Source: Armatimonadota bacterium (GTDB lineage Bacteria; Armatimonadota; Fimbriimonadia; Fimbriimonadales; GBS-DC). From it: 64,000 nucleotides of DNA. The stretch is from contig JBBIML010000013.1 in the NCBI GenBank assembly GCA_037444405.1, positions 1-64,000 on the forward strand, in the 5' to 3' direction. Shown here piece by piece: positions 1-9,669 of the stretch. The notes beneath the pieces are model-generated. The model was not told the DNA's origin and ran no database searches. It was given only the letters and a program-made list of their open reading frames with translations. Both the position numbers and the translations under genes were made by a program. Position 1 is the first letter of the stretch. Each line of letters begins with the position of its first letter.

Positions 1-159
1 CGTCAGGCAAGCGAGGGCGGTGTCCGCTGGATGCCCTGCCCTCTATGCTCACCTCCCTTGTTGGGGGTTAAGTTTGGCAGGTAGGGGCAGATTCCTGCTA
101 ATTTTTGCAGGCTGATGCTGCAGAAGGCAAGCAGGCGATCTCGCGTTCTTAGATCACCT

Positions 160-1038
160 CTAACGCAGCTGCACCACGCCGAGGTCGGTCACGGCAGTGA
201 GGCTCGTTACGCTGATGGTGCGCTCGGCGCGATAGGTGCCTCCTGCGCTGATGAAGACCAGCTTATAGTTGCCTGGCAGCAGCCACAGGCGGAAATCGCC
301 TGTATCGCGTGTGATGACCACCGATTCGGACGGGAACTGTGCGTCGGGCGGCGTGTAGATATCGATTCGCGTGCCCACGGGCGTGCCCACGGGCACCTGC
401 ACGCGACCCTGCACATTGCCCGGCGTATTGGGGGGATTCTCGTCCGTTTCAGGCTGGAGCGGCAGGTCGCCCAGCTCGATTTCGCCATTGCTGGGAGGCT
501 GATCCACAAGAAAGCGTCGCGGCAGGTATCCCGTGCGCTGGATGGTGCCCTCGGGGTCCAGCACGCCGTTGGGATCGTAGGCGACATCGTTGAGGGTGAA
601 GCGCCCGTTAGCGTCGCTTTGCGTGAGCTGACCCAGCAGGCTGACGATGGCGCCCTCGACAGGCTCCTGCGTGAGCGCGTTCACCACACGCCCGCGCACA
701 ACCACGGTCTGCGGTCCGATGTAGAGATCGCCCAGATCGTAGGTCTGCCCCGCCTGCAGGGGAGGCAGGCGAAAGGTGAAATCGGGCAGCCCCTGCGAGC
801 GCACAGTCAATTGCGTGGCGGTCGGCGGCACGGCGAGCTGGAAAGTGCCTTCCTGCGTGTCGGTGGTGGTTCGCGCGCCGCTCGCTTCGACGGTGGCAGC
901 GGGGTTGGGCGGCAAGCCTGTGCCCACCAGCACCACGCGCCCGCGCAGGATGGCGACAGGACCAAGCCCGCCCCCGCCCCCGCAGGCGTTCAACCCTATC
1001 AGCAAGAGAGCGATCCAGAGCCAGTTCAAGCGTCGCAT
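160..1038 (-). CDS. Lipoprotein with carboxypeptidase-regulatory-like (prealbumin-fold) domains
   Basis: Lipobox LNAC then Gly linker; repeated 'RGRVVNALTQEPVEGAIVSL..TQSDANGRFTL' motifs. Confidence 0.7.
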   Translation of the reverse strand: MRRLNWLWIALLLIGLNACGGGGGLGPVAILRGRVVLVGTGLPPNPAATVEASGARTTTDTQEGTFQLAVPPTATQLTVRSQGLPDFTFRLPPLQAGQTYDLGDLYIGPQTVVVRGRVVNALTQEPVEGAIVSLLGQLTQSDANGRFTLNDVAYDPNGVLDPEGTIQRTGYLPRRFLVDQPPSNGEIELGDLPLQPETDENPPNTPGNVQGRVQVPVGTPVGTRIDIYTPPDAQFPSESVVITRDTGDFRLWLLPGNYKLVFISAGGTYRAERTISVTSLTAVTDLGVVQLR

Positions 1039-1047
1039 AGCGGTTCT

Positions 1048-4000
1048 CTATCGGGTCAGCACAATCGGCGTGGTGGCGCGTGCGATGCGCCCCTCCGAAT
1101 CGACGGCTTCTAACAGCAGCAGGTAGGAGCCAGGGGGCAGGGCGCGCTCCTGCGAGTCGCGCCCGTTCCATGTGAGGCTCTGCACGCCTGCGCCTGTCGC
1201 GCGTGGGGGCTGAAGCAGGCGCAGCGTCTCGCCCTGCATCGAGCGGATCTCAGCCCGCACGGTGGCATCAGTGGTCAGCTGATAGCGGATGGTGATGGTG
1301 CTGCCGCGTGTGGCGGACACCTGCACACCCACGATGCGCGGCGGCAGATGGCTCTCTGGCTCCAGCACCACACGCAATATCTGCGCCCCACCGGGCGTGA
1401 AGCGATACGCGCTCTGGCGGCGCATATCGACCCGCTCGCCTGTGACGGGGTTCTCCAGCACAATGCGCCAGCGGCGTCGCGCGGGCAGAATGCGCCAAGT
1501 GAGCGTGTGTTCGCTGTTCGGCTCGGCGGGCACGATCTGCAGGCTCCACTGCTGGCGCGTTCCCAGCGTGCGCGTATCCTGCAGCAGTAGGGGCGGGCCG
1601 TGCGCCCCTGCCTGCTGGTTCTCGTCCAGAATGGCGAACGCGGTCATGCCCGGCAGGGTTGGCGGCGCTTCGGCTTTTGCCCAGCGACTGCGCGTGCGGG
1701 GAGGGGTGTCCAGCCCCAGAGTCACGACGCCGCCGCCCGCGCGCGACTGCAACGCCAGCTCCATCGCCCATGCGGGGCGCTCCGGTGCGCGACTGGACGC
1801 CGCTCGCGAGCGAGTGGGCGGCGGGATCAACAGCGTTACACCCTCCGGGCGCAACACGCGCACCCAGTACGCCTTGCCCGGCTCCAGCAGCGTCGTTGAG
1901 ACATAGCCAGCCGTGCCCAGCGTCCACACCTTATCGCCCACCAGCGGCGGCTCGCCCCCTATCGACTCGGTCGCCGTCTCCCACACCACCGGCTCGCTGA
2001 ACTGATGTACCACGCGCACCGAGCGCAGATCGACCGACTCCCTGAACGGATGCCCGATCAGGTTCCAGCCTGGCTGGAGCGCGATGGCAAACTCGCGGTC
2101 GGTCGGCGCAGGCTCGCCCTGTATGGAGACAGTCAGCGGGCTGGCGAGATAGAGGAAGTAGCCCACACCGGGCGCAGGCGGCGGCGTCTCTGGATAATAC
2201 ACATAGTTGAACCGTTCCTGACGCCAGTGCGCCAGACGCAGCTGGTTCGCGGGGATGTTCAGCAGCTTCGCGAAGTCGCTCTCATAGGGGCGCAACGGCA
2301 GGCTTATCATGTTCAGCCCTGCGGGCAGGCTCAGCTGGAAGGTGTCGGCAGCCGTCTGCAGGCGCACCATCACGAACTGGAAGCCAATCCCCGTGTTGAC
2401 CTGCACCGTCCCCACCTCCACGCCCTGCGAGTCGAAGAAGGTGAGTCGGGCGATGCGCTCGCGGCTGAGCGCCGATTCGCTGAAGGCGATGCCGAACGCG
2501 CCCTTTGTTATCTCCGCTTCCTTCTGCTCCACGCCCAGATCGATGCGCACTCTGCCGTTGTCCACCCCATACACCACGCCGAAGAAGTTGTTGCGGAAGT
2601 TCGTGCCCTGCACCTTGCTGCTGGGGTAGACCACGCGCGCGTTCTCCGTGCCGACGCTGAAGTCGACCGTCAGCCGTTGATGGGCGACCTCGCTGCCGAT
2701 AAAGCTCGGCACGACCGCCCCTGTGCCCACGCGGATGTCCACCCGCTCATACTGCGGCGAGAGCGTCAGCCGATTATAGCCGAAATCCCAGTAGATGGGG
2801 TAGCTGGTTCCGTTCAGCATCGCCTCGTCCCAGCCGTCCGCTGTGCGCACCGTCTGAAAATAGGTGAGGAACACGGTGAAGACCGCCTGCTCGTCGGGCT
2901 GGATGCTGGCGATGTAGGGGAACATCTGGGCATGCAGTTTGCGCCCGTAGGTCAGGCTGGTGTCCAGAATATATTGCTGGCGATACCACTGGTCGAACGG
3001 CACGCCTTCCACTGTCGGATTGCCCGAGCCGCTGAGGGCGCTGAGCGTCTGGCGAGCAATCGCGAGTAGGTTCGGAATGTTGCCTCGCAGGTCGGGCGTG
3101 TATTGAGCGTAGTAGCGGGCGTTGAACTCACGGAAGAAGCTGGGGTACTCCGTCGCGAGCTTGAGCCATGCCGAACCCGCCATCTGATAGCGCACCAGCC
3201 ACAGCCCGCCTGTGGTGCCGGGCGCAATCGGCGCCTGACGCAACGACGGCGCGATAAAGCCCGGACTGCCCAGCACGGGCTGGTTCCACGCATCATAATA
3301 GGGGCGAACATCGAAGTTCTGATCCAGCATCAGGTCGATGGTGTCGGGGTTCAGCCCTGCGATCTGGCGAAACGCGCTGCTGCGGGCGATACGCGCCGTT
3401 ACGGCGCGGGCGAAGCCCTCCTCCCAGGCGTCATAGGCGAAGCCCGCATCGGCATGGAACGCCCGCACAATCAGGTAGAGCAGGCTCACCGCCGCCGCTT
3501 CAGGCGCGTTATAGATGGCAAATAAAAATCGGCTGTTGCTCACATCGTAGACACCGCCCACCACCGCGTCGCGGTCGCCAATCTGGTCATCGTAGTTGAC
3601 GACGGTGATGGTGAGCGTGCGGGCGGCTTTGCCGTATTCGGCTTCCACAAGGGGCAACACCCGACTCGCCACAGTCTGCAACAGGGCTTTATACTGGGCG
3701 GGGAAGGGGTTGTCGCCATCCTGAATCTGGATGGTGAGCGTGCCGTTGCCCAGCCCGCCGTCGCGCGTGCGAGTGGGCAGCAGCAGCTGCCCGTTCCGTC
3801 GCAGCACCACCGTGTGAAAGATGGGCACCCGATAGTCGGGCGGCAGCAGCCCCATGCGCTTGTAAAGGCGAATCAGCGGGCGCGCGCCCGCTATCTGCGC
3901 ACGGCTCACCTGCGCCACCCGCTCCCGAACCAGCCGCTCAATTGCATCAGGCGAACGACCCGCGCGGTCGATATCAACCACAATCACATTCTGCGGACCG

Positions 4001-4119
4001 TTGCTGACCGTCTCAAAGGGGCGATTGACAATATTGCGATAGAGCTGGGCGTTCACCGCTGCGATGAGCAGCAGCACGCCAATCCCGCCAGCCGTTGCCC
4101 GCCACATCCAGTCCCTCAT
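1048..4119 (-). CDS. Large secreted protein with degenerate gluzincin-like segment and C-terminal FlgD Ig-like domain
   Basis: Signal peptide from MRDWMWR (start 4119 inferred); C-term 'TIRYQL..AEIRSMQGETLRLL..GVQSLTWNGRDSQERALPPGSYLL'. Confidence 0.65.
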   Translation of the reverse strand: MRDWMWRATAGGIGVLLLIAAVNAQLYRNIVNRPFETVSNGPQNVIVVDIDRAGRSPDAIERLVRERVAQVSRAQIAGARPLIRLYKRMGLLPPDYRVPIFHTVVLRRNGQLLLPTRTRDGGLGNGTLTIQIQDGDNPFPAQYKALLQTVASRVLPLVEAEYGKAARTLTITVVNYDDQIGDRDAVVGGVYDVSNSRFLFAIYNAPEAAAVSLLYLIVRAFHADAGFAYDAWEEGFARAVTARIARSSAFRQIAGLNPDTIDLMLDQNFDVRPYYDAWNQPVLGSPGFIAPSLRQAPIAPGTTGGLWLVRYQMAGSAWLKLATEYPSFFREFNARYYAQYTPDLRGNIPNLLAIARQTLSALSGSGNPTVEGVPFDQWYRQQYILDTSLTYGRKLHAQMFPYIASIQPDEQAVFTVFLTYFQTVRTADGWDEAMLNGTSYPIYWDFGYNRLTLSPQYERVDIRVGTGAVVPSFIGSEVAHQRLTVDFSVGTENARVVYPSSKVQGTNFRNNFFGVVYGVDNGRVRIDLGVEQKEAEITKGAFGIAFSESALSRERIARLTFFDSQGVEVGTVQVNTGIGFQFVMVRLQTAADTFQLSLPAGLNMISLPLRPYESDFAKLLNIPANQLRLAHWRQERFNYVYYPETPPPAPGVGYFLYLASPLTVSIQGEPAPTDREFAIALQPGWNLIGHPFRESVDLRSVRVVHQFSEPVVWETATESIGGEPPLVGDKVWTLGTAGYVSTTLLEPGKAYWVRVLRPEGVTLLIPPPTRSRAASSRAPERPAWAMELALQSRAGGGVVTLGLDTPPRTRSRWAKAEAPPTLPGMTAFAILDENQQAGAHGPPLLLQDTRTLGTRQQWSLQIVPAEPNSEHTLTWRILPARRRWRIVLENPVTGERVDMRRQSAYRFTPGGAQILRVVLEPESHLPPRIVGVQVSATRGSTITIRYQLTTDATVRAEIRSMQGETLRLLQPPRATGAGVQSLTWNGRDSQERALPPGSYLLLLEAVDSEGRIARATTPIVLTR

Positions 4120-4217
4120 CGTTCCAACCCTTAGACGAATCGCCCCCGAAGGGGTTTCTATTGTACCCACCGGCTGATCGGGTGAGAGGGCAAGAAGCTC
4201 ACGCCTGTGGGAAAGCT

Positions 4218-4261
4218 CTCACCCGTACCCTCTCCCCCGCGGGGGAGAGGGTACGGGTGAG
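4218..4261. repeat. Perfect 44-bp palindrome (REP/RIME-like, CCCTCTCCC...GGGAGAGGG family)
   Basis: ctcacccgtaccctctcccccgcgggggagagggtacgggtgag is its own reverse complement; lies between divergent genes. Confidence 0.9.
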
Positions 4262-4320
4262 GGGCAACCCGCTCCCCAGCAGGGGCGAGGCTGATGTTCA
4301 CTGACAGGGGCTGTTTGGGC

Positions 4321-4326
4321 TATAAT
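4321..4326 (+). promoter_or_regulatory. -10 box TATAAT, probable leaderless promoter of GH13 gene
   Basis: TATAAT 7 nt before ATG 4334, no SD. Confidence 0.6.
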
Positions 4327-4333
4327 ATTGCTG

Positions 4334-7300
4334 ATGAGAGCGGCTATAGTGGCACGGTGGGGCGCGATTCTGTTCGCACTGATCGCGCTGGGGCTGTCGG
4401 CGCAGGCGCAGCTGAACTGGGTCGGCAATACGCGCCTCTATATCACGAATATCGGGCAACTGCCTGCACGCAACGGTATGCTCGAACCCACCCAGACGCT
4501 CACCATCACCACGCAAACCTCCCCGATCGCGCCCGGTCAGAGCGTGTACGCCGTCGTCACCACCGATAACTGGACAACTACGCGAGAATTCGTATTCACA
4601 TTCGACTACAACACAGGCAACAACACGCAGTGGTACCTGGTGCTGGGACCCTACTCTGCTGGCACCTATGTGCAGTTCTACATTCGGGCGCAGGACAGCA
4701 GCGGGCGCATCCTTTATGATAATAATGGCGGCTCGAACTATTCGGTGTGGGTGCGTTATGCGCCATCGTATCGCGACACGCCGATTCTGCAGTGGTTTGA
4801 GACCAACTATCGCACCATTATGAAGCGTTTGCCCGAGGTGGTGTTGGCAGGCTACGGCGCCATCTATCTGCCGTCGCCTGTCAAATCGGGCGGCGGCGGC
4901 TTCAGCACGGGCTATAACCCCTTTGACCATTTTGATCTGGGCGACCGCCTGCAGAAGGGAACCGTCGCTACCAGCTACGGCACCACGCAGGAGCTGATTG
5001 AACTCATTCGGCTGGCACATCGGTTCGGGCTGGAGGTCTACTGCGATCTGGTGGTGAACCATGCCGATAATCGTGCCAGCACTGCCATCGACCGCTATCC
5101 GGGGCTGATCCCCGAAGATTTCCACATTCGTTCCACCGCTGACCCGACCAATAACGAGCTGGATTTCAATAATGCGCCGCCGTTCGGCTTCAGCACGCTG
5201 AACTACGATGTGGTGGGGCTGGCAGATATTGCGCAGGAGGACGGCAACAATGTGCGCCAGGGCGCGTTCAACCTGCCCGCCTACGCCAGTTTTAATGCGT
5301 GGGGCAAGCCAAGCTTTGTGCGTCACCCTTTGAACCCGTACTATTACCCAAGCGGGACGCCCACTGCTGAAGATGTGCGCCAGTACCTGCACCGCTGGGG
5401 CTGGTTCCTGACGGATGTGATCGGCTTCGACGGCTATCGCATCGACGCGGCGCGCCATGTGCCGCCTGCCTTCTTTGCGAAAGTGCCCCAGCAGCCGGGC
5501 GGCGTTGCGAGCGTGGGCGATTTCCTGCCCGCGCTCTACAGCCGGAAGCCCTCGCTCTACATCTTCGGTGAGGTCTACAGCGGCAACAGCTACGAGCTGC
5601 GCGAGTATGCTAAAACGGGCATGAACCTGCTGGACTTCCCGATGAAGTTCATGGCGAGCAATCTGTTTAATGCGAATGGCTACGGCGATCTGGGCGCGAG
5701 CTTGAGCAACCCGATAGGCACCGATGGCGGCACGGGACTGCCCTACGAGCTGGGCGGGCTGGCGCGCTATCTGGGGGTTGGCTTCATTCAGAGCCATGAC
5801 GAGGGTCCACCCGCCTCGAACAACCTCGCCTATGCGTGGCTGCTGACGCGCCCCGGGCGACCCAAAGTGTACTACGACGGCAACAATATCGCGCCCGACG
5901 ACTGGAGCCACTTCCCGCGCCCCGGTCGCTATAATGCGCTGGGCAACGGCGACGATACCCTGCTGCGCCTGCTGGATGTGCGCAAACGGTTCGCCCGCGG
6001 CACAGTTGTGAACCGCTTCGTGAGCAGCGATCTGTACCTCTATGAGTGGCAGGTGAACGGCAACGCGCTGCTGCTGGTGGGGCTGAACGATCGGAGTGAT
6101 GTGCCGCTGACGGCTTCCGTGCAAACGGGCTTCGCGCCCGGCACGGTGCTGGTGGATTACAGCGGTCAGCGTCCGGCAGTGGTGGTGGGTGCGGGCGGCA
6201 GCGTGACCATCACCGTGCCACCCAACAGCGCGCCCGGCGCCCCCAACAACGGCTACGGCTATGTGCTGTACGCGCCACAAACGCCCCGACCGCTGGCGGG
6301 CGAGCGCGTGATCCGACTCTTTGACCCGCAGGGCAACCCCATCCCGTTTGACACCATCCCGACGCCGGGCGGACAGTACGCCAGCGGACGCAGCTTCGAA
6401 GCGGCAACCATCACCCTGCCCGCGCAAAACCCCCTCACCATCGTTGCCCGCACCGATTCGTCGGGTGTGCAGGCATATCTGAAGCTCGATAACGGGATAT
6501 CCGTCGCCGGGCGCACGCCCCTGCAGAACACGCCCGAAGGGCTGACCGACGGCTTCGTGCCGATGGATTGGGTGGCGAACGGGCAGTTTGAACTGTGGGG
6601 CGTTGATCTGAGCGGTCTGCCAGCGGGGCTGCATGTGTTGCGCGTGCGCGTGTTTGCCGACACAGGCTCGCGCCCTCCGCTGTTCAACGAGTTCATCACC
6701 TTTTTCTATCTGAAGCGAGCCGAGCGCGGCGTTGTGGTGGACGGCAACCTGCAGGAGTACGGCGAGCCGCTCGCGGTGCAGACGCGCACGCCCTCCTCCA
6801 ATCTCAATCGGCTGGACGCGCTCTATGTGCGCAACGACCATCGCTATCTCTATATCGGCATCGCGGGTCGGGTGGACACCGCCGAAAATCTGGCGAATGG
6901 CGTCGCGCTCTTTATCGATACGGATTATGGCGCGGGCACGGGCATCCGCACGCTGGAGGTGCTGAACGATGACAGTGGTCCCGCGACACGCCTGCTGTCC
7001 AATCAGCGCATCACCGCGCCGACGGGCTTTGGAGCCGAGTTTGCGGTGGGCGTGTTCCGGCATAGCGGTCTGCACTCGGCGCCCGAAGCGCCTTTTGCAG
7101 GCGATGCGGTCGTGCCCCCGGTGGTGGGGGCGCAGGCGGGCTTCTATCGGCTCGATGTCGATCGGCTGAACTGGCTGCCTGCCGAACCTGCTCGTATCGC
7201 GTGCCAGCCCCGCCTGAACCCGACCGACCCTCCGACAGGCTGGGAGATTGCCCTGCCGCTGGAGGCGCTCTATCGCGACCGCAAGCCGAGCCGCCCAATC

Positions 7301-7837
7301 GGGCTGTTCGCTGTGCTACTCAACACGGGCGAATCGGGCGCGATATTTTCGGCATACGATTCGCGGCGGGGCACGCTCGGACCGCGCCCGCCCGCCACCA
7401 GCTGGCTATCCAACCAGTTCCTGCCGCCGCAGCCGAACATCGTGAACGACCCGGGCGCCGTGCCCATAACCCTTCAGGCGGTGGCGACCTACAGCCTGCA
7501 GGCGATGCCGCGCGTGCCGACGCCCCATCGGATTATTCTGGGCGCGATGCGCTATGATCCGCGCGTGGGCGCCTATCGCGTGCGCGGGCGCGTGGTGAAC
7601 GCCAGCGATCAGCCAATCCCTGCGCCCGTTGCGCTCTGGATGCGCCTGCCGAATGGCGTTGAGCTGCTCAACCGCACGGGCAACAGCCTGCTGGAGGCGG
7701 GCGCGGCTTATCTCATTTTGCGCGAGGACGACCTGCCACCGGGCGGTGTGGCGGAGTTCGAGCTGCGCTTCCGTGCCTCCAGCCCGCGCGGCTTACCGCC
7801 CAAGCTGGAGCTGCGAGCCGGTCTGGGCGCACTCTGA
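4334..7837 (+). CDS. Secreted multidomain GH13 alpha-amylase family protein
   Basis: Signal peptide; GH13 regions DLVVNH, DGYRIDAARH, FGEVY, QSHDE with intact catalytic triad; N-terminal CBM-like 'YDNNGGSNY'; long C-terminal beta domains. Confidence 0.85.
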   Translation: MRAAIVARWGAILFALIALGLSAQAQLNWVGNTRLYITNIGQLPARNGMLEPTQTLTITTQTSPIAPGQSVYAVVTTDNWTTTREFVFTFDYNTGNNTQWYLVLGPYSAGTYVQFYIRAQDSSGRILYDNNGGSNYSVWVRYAPSYRDTPILQWFETNYRTIMKRLPEVVLAGYGAIYLPSPVKSGGGGFSTGYNPFDHFDLGDRLQKGTVATSYGTTQELIELIRLAHRFGLEVYCDLVVNHADNRASTAIDRYPGLIPEDFHIRSTADPTNNELDFNNAPPFGFSTLNYDVVGLADIAQEDGNNVRQGAFNLPAYASFNAWGKPSFVRHPLNPYYYPSGTPTAEDVRQYLHRWGWFLTDVIGFDGYRIDAARHVPPAFFAKVPQQPGGVASVGDFLPALYSRKPSLYIFGEVYSGNSYELREYAKTGMNLLDFPMKFMASNLFNANGYGDLGASLSNPIGTDGGTGLPYELGGLARYLGVGFIQSHDEGPPASNNLAYAWLLTRPGRPKVYYDGNNIAPDDWSHFPRPGRYNALGNGDDTLLRLLDVRKRFARGTVVNRFVSSDLYLYEWQVNGNALLLVGLNDRSDVPLTASVQTGFAPGTVLVDYSGQRPAVVVGAGGSVTITVPPNSAPGAPNNGYGYVLYAPQTPRPLAGERVIRLFDPQGNPIPFDTIPTPGGQYASGRSFEAATITLPAQNPLTIVARTDSSGVQAYLKLDNGISVAGRTPLQNTPEGLTDGFVPMDWVANGQFELWGVDLSGLPAGLHVLRVRVFADTGSRPPLFNEFITFFYLKRAERGVVVDGNLQEYGEPLAVQTRTPSSNLNRLDALYVRNDHRYLYIGIAGRVDTAENLANGVALFIDTDYGAGTGIRTLEVLNDDSGPATRLLSNQRITAPTGFGAEFAVGVFRHSGLHSAPEAPFAGDAVVPPVVGAQAGFYRLDVDRLNWLPAEPARIACQPRLNPTDPPTGWEIALPLEALYRDRKPSRPIGLFAVLLNTGESGAIFSAYDSRRGTLGPRPPATSWLSNQFLPPQPNIVNDPGAVPITLQAVATYSLQAMPRVPTPHRIILGAMRYDPRVGAYRVRGRVVNASDQPIPAPVALWMRLPNGVELLNRTGNSLLEAGAAYLILREDDLPPGGVAEFELRFRASSPRGLPPKLELRAGLGAL

Positions 7838-7855
7838 AGCTAAAATTAAGAGCGA

Positions 7856-8884
7856 ATGGACTGGGAGCGTGTCTGGGAGCGCCAGCGTCCGCCGTTGAGC
7901 TTGCGGGCGCTGGCGCGGTTCTATGTGGCGGGCTGGCGCCTCTATGCCAGCCTCTACGATCGGGGCTGGAAGCGACAGGTGCGGCTGCCGGTGCCCGTGA
8001 TAGGCGTCGGCTCGCTGCTGGTGGGCGGCGCTGGCAAGACGCCTGTCGCGATTGCGCTCGCCCGCCTGCTGCGCGATTGGCGGCGGCGCGTGGTCGTGCT
8101 GTGCAGCGGCTACGGCGGGCGACGGTTCCCCCACATCACCCTGCTGGAGCCGGGCACGGGCGCGGACCCGCTGCTGGTGGGCGACGAGCCTGTGGAGGTG
8201 CTGAACGCGCTGCGCGATGTGCCTGTCGCGGTGGGGCGTCGGCGCGTGGCAGTGGCGCAGGCAGCCATCGAACGCTGGCAACCCGATGTGCTGGTGCTGG
8301 ACGATGGCTTTCAGCACCTGCCGCTGGCGCGCACGCTCGACCTGCTGGTGCTTCCCGCTGATCGTCCGTTCGGCAACGGCTACTGCCTGCCCGCTGGACC
8401 GCTGCGTGAGCCGCCCGACGGCATCGCCCGTGCCAGCGCGATCCTGTTTACTATATCTGAACCCCTCTCCCCCAGCGGGGGAGAGGGTACGGGTGAGGGG
8501 GCTTACCCACCTGCCTTCAAGGTTCTCGTTGAACCTGAAGGGCTGGAACGGCTCGCAACAGGCGACCTGCTGCCGCCCGATGCCCTCAAGGGGCGAGAGG
8601 TGATGGTTGCCGCGGGAATCGCGCGCGCCGAACGATTCGTGCGAACCGTCCAGCAACTCGGCATGCAGGTCAGTGAAACGCGCCTGTTCCCCGACCATTA
8701 CGCCTTTGAGCGCGAGCGATGGGATTGGGCGCGAGGCAAGACGCTGGTCATCACCGCCAAAGACTCGGTCAAACTACGCTCGCGCCTGCCTGCCGATTGC
8801 GAGGCGTACGCCCTGCGCATCCGCGCCTGCCTGCCGCCCGACTTTTGCAACTGGCTGCTGCAACGGTTGTCCAGTGCGGTATAA
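7856..8884 (+). CDS. lpxK: Tetraacyldisaccharide 4'-kinase
   Basis: PVIGVGSLLVGGAGKTP, GDEP, LDDGFQH, LPAGPLREP, FPDHY, TAKDSVK. Confidence 0.92.
   Translation: MDWERVWERQRPPLSLRALARFYVAGWRLYASLYDRGWKRQVRLPVPVIGVGSLLVGGAGKTPVAIALARLLRDWRRRVVVLCSGYGGRRFPHITLLEPGTGADPLLVGDEPVEVLNALRDVPVAVGRRRVAVAQAAIERWQPDVLVLDDGFQHLPLARTLDLLVLPADRPFGNGYCLPAGPLREPPDGIARASAILFTISEPLSPSGGEGTGEGAYPPAFKVLVEPEGLERLATGDLLPPDALKGREVMVAAGIARAERFVRTVQQLGMQVSETRLFPDHYAFERERWDWARGKTLVITAKDSVKLRSRLPADCEAYALRIRACLPPDFCNWLLQRLSSAV
8463..8500. repeat. Partial copy of the 4218 palindrome embedded in frame in lpxK
   Basis: 8475-8500 identical to 4239-4264; 11-bp arms ccctctccccc/gggggagaggg. Confidence 0.85.
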
Positions 8885-8894
8885 TCTGGGCGGG

Positions 8895-9179
8895 ATGCAG
8901 ACGACTGTGGACCCACGAGTGATGGTGGCAATAGCGGTGCAGGCTTCGCCAGAGGAACTGGCGGAGCTGCTGTACTTGATGTCCCACATGCCCGAACAGG
9001 CGAATGCGATGCTCGAAACCCTGCGCCAGAAGTATGTACCTCAAATGGACGAACCCCTCTGGAAAAGAGCCACGCCAGAAGAGCTGAAGCAAGCGATTCG
9101 AGAATGGGCAAACCAGGAGCGCCCTCCTGCACCACCGCTCCCCGATGAGGCGCTTCGGCGCGAAAACCTCTATGAGTGA
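8895..9179 (+). CDS. Putative antitoxin
   Basis: Small ORF ending 'PPLPDEALRRENLYE', overlapping the start of a PIN gene; TATAAT at 8880-8885. Confidence 0.7.
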   Translation: MQTTVDPRVMVAIAVQASPEELAELLYLMSHMPEQANAMLETLRQKYVPQMDEPLWKRATPEELKQAIREWANQERPPAPPLPDEALRRENLYE

Positions 9180-9634
9180 CCACTATGGAACGCTGCATGG
9201 TCGATACGAATGTAGTTCTCCGACTGCTTAACCCAGCCGATGCTCGGTACCCAGCGGCACAGCGCGCTATCGATCGTGCCATTGACGATGGGTATCGCCT
9301 CTGCATTACTCACCAGATTGTGACGGAGTTCTGGAATGTAGCAACTCGCCCTCTGTCGGTAAATGGGTTAGGCTGGAGTGTTTCCTAAGCAGCAAAAGAG
9401 GTGCAGCGATTGTTGGATCGTTTCGAAATGCTCTATGTTGATGATGGCATCCGAGAGTTTACTTTGTGGTTTGACATCGTGATTCGGTACAGCGTGCAGG
9501 GGAAACAGGTTCATGACGCGCGGCTGGTTGCCACGATGCTGACGCATGAGGTACGCCATTTGCTCACTTTTAATACGCAGGATTTCCAGCGATATGCCGA
9601 TTTGATAGTACTGCTGGATGCCGCGACCCTATAA
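9176..9634 (+). pseudogene. vapC: PIN/VapC toxin broken by in-frame TAA at 9386-9388
   Basis: VDTNVV..EFWNVATRP..NGLG before the stop; same frame continues 'GKQVHDARLVATM..LLTFNTQDF'. Confidence 0.85.
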
Positions 9635-9669
9635 TGTGGCTGATGGCTATAAGGTACAATCACGCCCTG

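Noticed and set aside
1..60. Possible start of a minus-strand gene running off the window edge
   Set aside because: An SD-like GGAGG is present, but there is too little sequence to call a gene
4298..7075. 925-aa antisense ORF and many other long shadow ORFs
   Set aside because: They lie opposite well-supported genes and are expected from high GC and codon bias; no protein motifs
9386..9388. Programmed readthrough or recoding in the PIN gene
   Set aside because: The stop is TAA, not used for Sec or Pyl; simple nonsense mutation is more likely
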